DNA of 24,000 nucleotides. Source: Bacillus sp. Hm123 (GTDB taxonomy: Bacteria; Bacillota; Bacilli; Bacillales; Domibacillaceae). Positions 17,352-24,000 of the stretch are shown one piece after another. Position numbers and translations under genes: made by a program. The notes beneath the pieces were generated by a model. The model was not told the origin of the DNA. It saw only the letters and a program-made list of their open reading frames with translations, and made no database searches. The DNA lies in NCBI RefSeq assembly GCF_051842975.1, contig NZ_JBPXRT010000005.1; one strand, given 5' to 3'. How positions within the stretch are numbered: the stretch's first letter is position 1; each line of letters starts with the position of its first letter.

Positions 17352-18611
17352 TTATTGTAAAAAGAATCGTTGAATATCATTCCAAGTAACAACGATCATT
17401 AACAGCATTAATAATGCAAATCCGACAAAATGGACCATTCCTTCTTTATGGCGATCGATCGGCTTGCCTCGAACTGCTTCTACTAGGAAGAATAACAATC
17501 TACCACCATCAAGAGCTGGAAGCGGCAATAAATTCATAATCCCAAGGTTGATGCTTAATAGCCCGGCCCATCTCATTAAATTCATTATACCAGACTCGGC
17601 AACGGTCTCTGTAGAAACATAAATTCCAACTGGTCCAGAAAGCATATCGATGGAAAATTGACCTGTCACTAGTTCACCAACCAGTTGAAAGATTTTTATC
17701 GTCCATTGGTACGTTTCTTTCGCTCCATAGACAATGGAACCGAAGAAATCTTTTTCAACTGGACTGTAAACACCAATTACACCCATTTCTTTTCCTTCGA
17801 TTTCACGGACATTTGGTGTTACAGGAACTTGTAGCGTATTTCCATCCCTTTCTACTGTGAAGTCCAGTTCTGATTGCGGATTTTTCTGAATCAAACTGAC
17901 AATTTCTTCCCAACTTGAAACCCCTTCACCATTGATGCTGATGATTTGGTCTCCCTCGGCTAACCCTGCTTCTTGTGCGGCGCCATCTGCTGTTAATTCG
18001 CCTAACTTTGCTTCGTTCGTCGGAATCCCTTGAATCCAAGCGATAATGACAAATAAGAAGAAAGCTAAAATAAAGTTAAACAGCGGTCCAGCAAAAATCG
18101 CCATCGACCGTTGCCCAAGTGTTTTTGACGCAAACTGACGATCCCATGGAGAAATTTGTGTTTCCATTCCATCCTCGACAATGACAGCTTCCCGATGAAT
18201 CGAGAAAGATTTCAATTCCTCTTCTCCATCCTCATAGCCGCGTATAAGTAGCTGATGTTCAAGGTCCGCTTGCTCCACTTCAATCACACGCGCTCTTGGA
18301 TAACGGTCTTTTCCGTTAACAATAATTTTCACAATTTCCTCTTGCTCATTACAGACGATACCAATTCGATGACCGGCTTTTAAATCGACCATTTCCGGGT
18401 CTTCACCAGCCATACGAACATAACCACCTAACGGTAAGAGACGAAGCGTATAAATCGTTTCTCCTTTTTTATGAGCAAATACTTTTGGTCCAAAACCAAT
18501 CGCAAATTCTCGGCAAAGGATACCCGCTCGTTTGGCAAAAATAAAATGCCCCAATTCATGGAAAAAAACGAGCGCGCCAAATATAACAATAAACGCTATC
18601 ACTGTGTTCAA
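17352..18611 (-). CDS. rseP: Site-2 intramembrane zinc metalloprotease RseP/RasP
   Basis: HELGH zinc motif near the N-terminus, a PDZ region (GLAEGDQIISINGE), and the C-terminal NLLPLPALDGGR motif. Probable start is TTG 18611 (AAGGTGG SD 7 nt upstream; matches the B. subtilis M-NTVIAF N-terminus). The track start at 18623 is GTG within the SD. Confidence 0.92.
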   Translation of the reverse strand: MNTVIAFIVIFGALVFFHELGHFIFAKRAGILCREFAIGFGPKVFAHKKGETIYTLRLLPLGGYVRMAGEDPEMVDLKAGHRIGIVCNEQEEIVKIIVNGKDRYPRARVIEVEQADLEHQLLIRGYEDGEEELKSFSIHREAVIVEDGMETQISPWDRQFASKTLGQRSMAIFAGPLFNFILAFFLFVIIAWIQGIPTNEAKLGELTADGAAQEAGLAEGDQIISINGEGVSSWEEIVSLIQKNPQSELDFTVERDGNTLQVPVTPNVREIEGKEMGVIGVYSPVEKDFFGSIVYGAKETYQWTIKIFQLVGELVTGQFSIDMLSGPVGIYVSTETVAESGIMNLMRWAGLLSINLGIMNLLPLPALDGGRLLFFLVEAVRGKPIDRHKEGMVHFVGFALLMLLMIVVTWNDIQRFFLQ

Positions 18612-18630
18612 ATAGATAACCACCTTTTTT

Positions 18631-19773
18631 TTATAAAAGTGAATGGACGAAATCCCTTGCTTCTTGATCCGTGCGCTGAATCGTTTCTAAATCCGGATGC
18701 AAAATTTGCTTATGGTTCTCTAACGAACGCTCCACCAATTCATCGATTTGTAAAAACGAAATCTTGCCAGCAAGAAAAGCGGCGACGGCTGCTTCATTGG
18801 CAGCATTTAATACTGTAGGCATCGTTCCGCCAGCCTTACCTGCCTCATAAGCTAACGCTAGCATTCGAAAGCGCTCCATATCCATTTTTTCAAAATGGAG
18901 TTTCCCTATTTCTACTAAGTCTAAGCGTTTAGAACCTGGTTGCACGAAACGATCTGGATACGTTAAGGCATATTGAATAGGCACTCGCATATCCGGCGTT
19001 CCTAATTGAGCGATCACGGAGCTATCGTGAAATTCGACCATCGAATGAATCATACTTTCACGATGTAAAATAACATCTATTTGCTCATATGGCAAATGAA
19101 ACAACCAATGAGCTTCAATCACTTCTAGACCTTTATTCATCATCGTCGCCGAATCAATGGTAATTTTGGCTCCCATTGACCAGTTCGGATGGTTGAGTGC
19201 CTCTTTCACAGTCACATCTTTCAATTGTTCTCGAGAGCGATCACGAAAGCTCCCTCCAGATGCCGTCAAAATTAAACGCTCAATATTTTTTGATTGCTCA
19301 CCTTGTAAACATTGAAAAATAGCCGAGTGTTCACTATCGACAGGCAATAAACGGACATGATGCTTTTTAGCAGCTTCCATCACTAAATGCCCCGCCGTCA
19401 CTAATGTTTCCTTGTTCGCAATTGCAATCGTCTTACCTGCTTCAATCGCTTGCATCGTCGGAAACAAACCGACACTGCCAAGTACAGCATTGACCAATAC
19501 TTCTGCTTTAGGAAAGACAGCTACTTCCACAAGCCCTTCTTCCCCATACTTAATGTTTAAGAAGGGGAACTCTGCCTGGAGACGCAAAGCGTCGTCTTTT
19601 TCCTGAACCGACACTAATTCCGGTTGAAACGCGTGGATGATTTTTCTTGTTTCCTCTATATTTCTCCCAGCAGAAAAAGCAACTAGTGTAAAATCGTCGC
19701 TATGATGCTTAATCACATCTAGTGTTTGCTGTCCAATCGAGCCCGTCGCTCCTAATAGACTAATCTTCTTCAA
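18631..19773 (-). CDS. dxr: 1-deoxy-D-xylulose 5-phosphate reductoisomerase
   Basis: [21 protein letters not shown] (NADPH-binding), ...[14 protein letters not shown]..., ...[13 protein letters not shown]... These are canonical Dxr motifs. The synteny is conserved. Confidence 0.96.
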   Translation of the reverse strand: MKKISLLGATGSIGQQTLDVIKHHSDDFTLVAFSAGRNIEETRKIIHAFQPELVSVQEKDDALRLQAEFPFLNIKYGEEGLVEVAVFPKAEVLVNAVLGSVGLFPTMQAIEAGKTIAIANKETLVTAGHLVMEAAKKHHVRLLPVDSEHSAIFQCLQGEQSKNIERLILTASGGSFRDRSREQLKDVTVKEALNHPNWSMGAKITIDSATMMNKGLEVIEAHWLFHLPYEQIDVILHRESMIHSMVEFHDSSVIAQLGTPDMRVPIQYALTYPDRFVQPGSKRLDLVEIGKLHFEKMDMERFRMLALAYEAGKAGGTMPTVLNAANEAAVAAFLAGKISFLQIDELVERSLENHKQILHPDLETIQRTDQEARDFVHSLL

Positions 19774-19798
19774 ACTCCTTCAACTCCTCAACCAAACT

Positions 19799-20590
19799 CT
19801 AACTAACAATTTGTAAAATGTGGATAAGCGGGAACACAAACAACCAACTATCGACACGATCTAAAATTCCTCCATGCCCAGGTAAAATCGTCCCTGAATC
19901 CTTCACACCAAAATGACGTTTTAAAGCTGATTCAACAAGGTCACCCATCTGCCCAAACGCCGACAGCACGACCGTACCGATCAATAGCTGTACTAATGCG
20001 ATATTCATATCGGCAAAGAAATAAAACAATAAGGCAACAACAACAGCTGAAAGGATACCTCCTAAAGAACCCTCCACTGTTTTTTTCGGGCTAATGTCTG
20101 GCCATAATTTGTTCTTTCCGAAAGAACGTCCAATGAAGTAGGCTCCGGAATCGGTTGCCCATGTAATAAATAAAGCAAAGAAGACAAACACGATACCCGC
20201 TTCTCTCGTCTCCATAAAATAGTAAAAACCAAACCCGATATATAATACAGAAAGGGTGCAAAAGCTGGCATCTTCAAATGTAAAGCGATTTTTAGACATG
20301 ACCATGTAGACTAATAACAATAGAACGACAAGCAACATTAGCTGCAATTTGTCATAGCCTGCCTGTTCAATAACACCGCTCATCTTATTAGGAATCAACA
20401 GTACAGTCAACATGACTATTGATAAAATGCCTGGTATAGAAGCCAACGGAATCTTTTTCATTTTTAATGCTTCTCCGAGTCCTATGACGGCCATCAAAAA
20501 GGCTAGTAGCAAAAATGGCCAACCACCATAAAGGACAATTGGTAAAAAAACGGAGGCAGCAATGACAGCTGTTATAATACGTTGTTTCAT
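19799..20590 (-). CDS. cdsA: Phosphatidate cytidylyltransferase (CDP-diglyceride synthase)
   Basis: 263-aa polytopic membrane ORF with the C-terminal signature SALKRHFGVKDSGTILPGHGGILDRVDS. It lies between uppS and dxr, as in Bacillus. Confidence 0.93.
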   Translation of the reverse strand: MKQRIITAVIAASVFLPIVLYGGWPFLLLAFLMAVIGLGEALKMKKIPLASIPGILSIVMLTVLLIPNKMSGVIEQAGYDKLQLMLLVVLLLLVYMVMSKNRFTFEDASFCTLSVLYIGFGFYYFMETREAGIVFVFFALFITWATDSGAYFIGRSFGKNKLWPDISPKKTVEGSLGGILSAVVVALLFYFFADMNIALVQLLIGTVVLSAFGQMGDLVESALKRHFGVKDSGTILPGHGGILDRVDSWLFVFPLIHILQIVS

Positions 20591-20624
20591 TTTATAAACT
20601 CCTAACTTTCATCGAAATTCAAAT

Positions 20625-21404
20625 TTATGATTGTAAGCCACCAAATCGACGAGAGCGTCGCTGATAAGCTTCAACGGCTTCTAACAAGTGGTTTTCATTA
20701 AAATCCGGCCACAGCACATCAGAAAACCAAAACTCAGTGTACGCGAGCTGCCAAAGCATAAAATTACTCAAGCGTATTTCTCCACTTGTTCTAATCAGCA
20801 AGTCTGGGTCGTTTAAATGCTTCGTCATTAAATAGGAGGAAAAGACTTCTTCATTTAAGTCCTCTTCCTTTAGTATACCTTTTTTGGTATCATGCATAAT
20901 ACCTTTCACGGCATCTAATATCTCCGCTCTACTCCCATAGTTCAAAGCAAAGTTTAAAATGAGTCCATCATTATGTTCCGTTTTTTTGCTCGCTTTGTCG
21001 ACTGCACGTAATGTATGTGCGGGAACTTGCTCTCGATCTCCCATCATCTCTACCCGGACATTTTCCTCAATTAACTCAGGTAAAAATGTGCCGAGAAACT
21101 CTTCTGGAAGCTTCATCAAAAAATCCACTTCTAGCTTAGGACGCTTCCAATTTTCCGTCGAAAAAGCATATAAAGTTAACGTTTTTACTCCTAAACGATT
21201 AGCTAATCTCGTGATTTTTCTAACGGTTTTCATTCCTTCATGATGACCGGCCACTCTAGGAAGAGCTCTTTTCTTCGCCCACCTTCCATTCCCATCCATA
21301 ATAATGGCGATATGCTCCGGAATTGACTCTTTTTTGATTTGTTCAATCTTATCTTCAGTATGATGGACTTGATTGCTTCCCCACAACTTCTTTTTGTTGA
21401 TCAT
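20625..21404 (-). CDS. uppS: Undecaprenyl (isoprenyl) diphosphate synthase
   Basis: IPEHIAIIMDGNGRWAKKR...GHHEGMKTVRKI...LTLYAFSTENWKRP...IRTSGEIRLSNFMLWQLAY... The ATG at 21404 is preceded by GGAGG at 7 nt. The track start at 21449 adds 15 unsupported residues. Confidence 0.94.
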   Translation of the reverse strand: MINKKKLWGSNQVHHTEDKIEQIKKESIPEHIAIIMDGNGRWAKKRALPRVAGHHEGMKTVRKITRLANRLGVKTLTLYAFSTENWKRPKLEVDFLMKLPEEFLGTFLPELIEENVRVEMMGDREQVPAHTLRAVDKASKKTEHNDGLILNFALNYGSRAEILDAVKGIMHDTKKGILKEEDLNEEVFSSYLMTKHLNDPDLLIRTSGEIRLSNFMLWQLAYTEFWFSDVLWPDFNENHLLEAVEAYQRRSRRFGGLQS

Positions 21405-21454
21405 AAAATATCCTCCAAAATGTAACCTCATCAATATAATTAAAAACACTACCT

Positions 21455-21466
21455 ATTATAATACCA
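21455..21466 (-). promoter_or_regulatory. Candidate -10 region for uppS (TGgTATTATAAT: overlapping extended -10 TATTAT / TATAAT)
   Basis: Minus strand: TTTTGGTATTATAATAGG, about 50 nt upstream of the uppS ATG and downstream of the frr terminator. There is no convincing -35. Confidence 0.3.
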
Positions 21467-21514
21467 AAATCTCTCGATGATTACTTTGTAGAATTTTATG
21501 TATTTCATTTTTCT

Positions 21515-21554
21515 TCGTAAAAACAAGAAAACCCCCTTACAAAGAAGAGGGTTT
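21515..21554 (-). terminator. Rho-independent terminator after frr
   Basis: The minus-strand RNA reads AAACCCUCUU-CUUUGU-AAGGGGGUUU (10 bp with one U-G; 21554-21529) followed by UCUUGUUUUU. It starts 7 nt after the frr stop. Confidence 0.7.
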
Positions 21555-21561
21555 ATAATCG

Positions 21562-22119
21562 TTAAACTTCCATGATTTCTTTTTCTTTGTCTTTGGCGAT
21601 TTCATCAATTTTCGTAATAAATTGATCGGTTTGCTTTTGAACATCTTCCGTGTGACCACGTAAAGCATCCTCAGTAATCTCGCCTGCTTTTTCAAGCTTT
21701 TTAAAGTCCTCATTGGCATCACGACGAATATTACGAATCCCAACTTTTGCTTCTTCTGCTTCTTTCTTTACTAGCTTTGCTAATTCTTTACGACGCTCTT
21801 CTGTTAAAGCAGGGAAAGCAAGACGGATGACAGAGCCATCATTAGACGGTGTTAACCCTAAATCTGATTTTAAAATCGCTTTTTCGATATCGCCTAGCGC
21901 TGTTTTATCATAAGGTTGAATAACTAACAGTCTAGCTTCTGGTACTGAAACAGAAGCCAGTTGGTTAATTGGTGTTGGCGCTCCGTAATACTCAACTGTT
22001 ATGCGATCTAATAGTTGCGCGCTTGCACGCCCCGCACGAATTGAAGATAACTCTCTTGTGAAAGCTTGAATCGCTTTTGTCATTTTATCATTTAATTGTT
22101 CCATTACTTTAGTTGGCAT
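21562..22119 (-). CDS. frr: Ribosome recycling factor
   Basis: 185-aa ORF ...[49 protein letters not shown]...EKEIMEV, near-identical in pattern to Bacillus Frr. The ATG shares its A with the pyrH TAA (TAATG). Confidence 0.96.
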   Translation of the reverse strand: MPTKVMEQLNDKMTKAIQAFTRELSSIRAGRASAQLLDRITVEYYGAPTPINQLASVSVPEARLLVIQPYDKTALGDIEKAILKSDLGLTPSNDGSVIRLAFPALTEERRKELAKLVKKEAEEAKVGIRNIRRDANEDFKKLEKAGEITEDALRGHTEDVQKQTDQFITKIDEIAKDKEKEIMEV

Positions 22120-22844
22120 TATTCTTTCCCCCTAACAATTGTTCCAATATTATCTCCCATGACCACACGTTTAATATTTCCATCTTCCATTACAGAGAAC
22201 ACGATTAATGGAATGTCGTTATCCATACATAAAGAAGAAGCTGTAGAATCCATAACTGCTAAACCTTCTTTTAACACGTCTAGATAGGAAAGCTCGTTAT
22301 ATTTGACGGCTTCTTTATCAACACGCGGATCCGCAGAATAGACACCGTCTACATTATTTTTCGCCATTAAAATCACTTCTGCTTCAATTTCAGCCGCTCT
22401 TAATGCAGCAGTTGTATCTGTAGAGAAGTAAGGGTTTCCTGTACCGGCTGCGAAAATAACAACGCGTTTCTTTTCTAAATGACGAATCGCACGACGACGA
22501 ATATAAGGTTCGGCCACTTGACGCATTTCAATAGATGTTTGAACACGAGTTTCAATACCTAATTGTTCTAAACTATCTTGTAAAGCCATTGAATTCATAA
22601 CTGTTGCTAGCATCCCCATGTAATCGGCTGTAGCACGGTCCATGCCCATTTCACTACCGATCTTGCCTCGCCAAATATTTCCGCCACCAACAACAACTGC
22701 TACTTCCACATCTAACTCTGCGATTTCTTTCACTTGTTCTGCAATGGATTTAATGACTGTCGGGTTAATACCGAATCCAGCATCTCCTGCCAATGCCTCT
22801 CCACTTAACTTTAAGACAACGCGTTTATACTTTGGAACACTCAT
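22119..22844 (-). CDS. pyrH: UMP kinase
   Basis: [20 protein letters not shown]...[11 protein letters not shown]...[17 protein letters not shown]...[24 protein letters not shown]... The ATG at 22844 is preceded by GGAGG. The track start at 22856 lies inside that SD. Confidence 0.95.
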   Translation of the reverse strand: MSVPKYKRVVLKLSGEALAGDAGFGINPTVIKSIAEQVKEIAELDVEVAVVVGGGNIWRGKIGSEMGMDRATADYMGMLATVMNSMALQDSLEQLGIETRVQTSIEMRQVAEPYIRRRAIRHLEKKRVVIFAAGTGNPYFSTDTTAALRAAEIEAEVILMAKNNVDGVYSADPRVDKEAVKYNELSYLDVLKEGLAVMDSTASSLCMDNDIPLIVFSVMEDGNIKRVVMGDNIGTIVRGKE

Positions 22845-22898
22845 GTAGACCTCCATATGTAATGGTTTTAATTACGGTTTTACCGAAACTTCTATATG

Positions 22899-22929
22899 AA
22901 ATCCCTCACCAACAAGCGGTAAGGGATTT
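22899..22929 (-). terminator. Long hairpin after tsf; probable terminator with a weak U-tract
   Basis: The minus-strand RNA reads AAAUCCCUUACC-GCUUGUU-GGUGAGGGAUUU (12 bp, one mismatch) followed by CAUAUAG. It lies 44 nt after the tsf stop. Confidence 0.4.
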
Positions 22930-22972
22930 CCAATTTTCCATACATTCTTTCCGATGAAGCAATAGTAAGGAA

Positions 22973-23854
22973 TTATTTTTTTACTTGGCTCATTACTTCT
23001 TCAGCAAAGTTATCTTGACGTTTTTCGATTCCTTCACCAACAGCATAACGAACAAGCGCTTTTACTGTTCCACCTTTAGATGCTACGAATTGACCTACTT
23101 TTTGGTCAGGGTTTTTAACGAATGCTTGATCGACTAAGCAAATTTCTTCGAAGAATTTGCTGATGCGGCCTTCAACCATTTTCGCAACGATGTTTTCTGG
23201 CTTGCCTTCGTTTAATGCTTGTTGAGTTAATACTTCACGCTCACGCTCTACTTCTTCTTGAGATACAGCATCACGTGAAATGTATTTTGGATTTAAAGCA
23301 GCTGCATGCATTGCTACGTCTTTCGCTGCTTCTTCATCTGTTGTACCTTCTACAAGTGTTAATACGCCGATACGTCCGCCCATATGAAGGTAAGCACCAA
23401 ATGCATCATTATCGCCTTTTGCTACTACTTCAAAACGACGTAACGTTAATTTCTCACCAATTTTAGCTACTGCTTCATTGATGTACTCAGCAACTGTTTT
23501 ACCGTTGCTCATTGCTTGCTCAAGTGCCTCTTCAACAGAAGCTGGTTTGTTTGTTAATAAATGATCGGCTAATTCTTTTACAAGCTGTTGGAAGCCTTCG
23601 TTTTTCGCAACGAAATCTGTTTCAGAGTTAACTTCTAAGATGACAGCTTCGTTACCTTCAGCTTTGATGAAAGTTGTACCTTCAGCAGCGATACGATCTG
23701 CTTTTTTAGCTGCTTTCGCCATTCCTTTTTCACGAAGGAAGTCAATAGCTTGCTCCATATCCCCGTTTGTTTCTGTTAAAGCTTTTTTACAGTCCATCAT
23801 GCCTGCGCCTGTTTTTTCACGAAGTTCTTTTACCATTTGTGCAGTAACTGCCAT
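22973..23854 (-). CDS. tsf: Translation elongation factor Ts
   Basis: [59 protein letters not shown]... This is canonical EF-Ts (UBA-like N-domain plus core). AAAGGAGGAAG SD. Confidence 0.96.
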   Translation of the reverse strand: MAVTAQMVKELREKTGAGMMDCKKALTETNGDMEQAIDFLREKGMAKAAKKADRIAAEGTTFIKAEGNEAVILEVNSETDFVAKNEGFQQLVKELADHLLTNKPASVEEALEQAMSNGKTVAEYINEAVAKIGEKLTLRRFEVVAKGDNDAFGAYLHMGGRIGVLTLVEGTTDEEAAKDVAMHAAALNPKYISRDAVSQEEVEREREVLTQQALNEGKPENIVAKMVEGRISKFFEEICLVDQAFVKNPDQKVGQFVASKGGTVKALVRYAVGEGIEKRQDNFAEEVMSQVKK

Positions 23855-23944
23855 AAGTATTCTTCCTCCTTTAATTGTATGTAACTATCAAATATATGAT
23901 TAGCACAGAAAAGCTGACTATACAACTTTTCTGGCTTTTTCTCT

Positions 23945-23984
23945 TTAAAAAAAGGTGATAAGGGACTTTCGTCTTATCACCTTT
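23945..23984 (-). terminator. Rho-independent terminator at the rpsB 3' end, upstream of tsf
   Basis: The minus-strand RNA reads AAAGGUGAUAAG-ACGAAAGUCC-CUUAUCACCUUU (perfect 12 bp; 23984-23973 and 23962-23951) followed by UUUUUUAAAG. The rpsB CDS itself lies outside the window. Confidence 0.65.
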
Positions 23985-24000
23985 TCATCAAGACTATTAC

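Noticed and set aside
23906-23945. A plus-strand terminator look-alike (CAGAAAAG...CUUUUCUG followed by GCUUUUUCUCUUU)
   Set aside because: No plus-strand gene exists anywhere in the window to terminate. The U-run is the complement of the A-tract flanking the minus-strand rpsB terminator.

Overview
All supported genes lie on the minus strand in the conserved Bacillaceae core block: pnp(partial)<-rpsO<-ribF(ribC)<-truB<-rbfA<-ylxP<-infB<-ylxQ<-ylxR<-nusA<-rimP(ylxS)<-polC<-proS<-rseP(rasP)<-dxr<-cdsA<-uppS<-frr<-pyrH<-tsf, with the rpsB terminator at the right edge. I found no tRNA, rRNA or CRISPR. The one non-core element is a complete 2,666-nt group II intron (9915..12580, minus strand). It has a 5' GUGUG, a domain V with a GAAA tetraloop, a domain VI with a bulged A at -8, and a 3' AU. 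It encodes a 608-aa reverse transcriptase/maturase/HNH-endonuclease protein. The intron splits the essential replicative polymerase gene polC two codons after the catalytic PDID motif. Joining the inferred exons restores ...PDIDL-N-FSGEYQ... in frame and gives a 1,440-aa PolC. This explains why the ORF track shows polC as two ORFs (12564..15539 and 8509..9960). An intron in a bacterial housekeeping gene is rare, and here chromosome replication would depend on RNA splicing. Secondary observations are: an in-frame TAA at codon 3 of the ancestral infB start; tandem terminator-like hairpins plus a translationally abutted 21-codon sORF between rimP and nusA; a promoter-then-terminator leader upstream of rimP; and several promoters and terminators read by eye. 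Several ORF-track starts are N-terminal over-extensions and were trimmed to SD-supported starts. All homology calls come from my recognition of conserved protein sequences. No database search was run.
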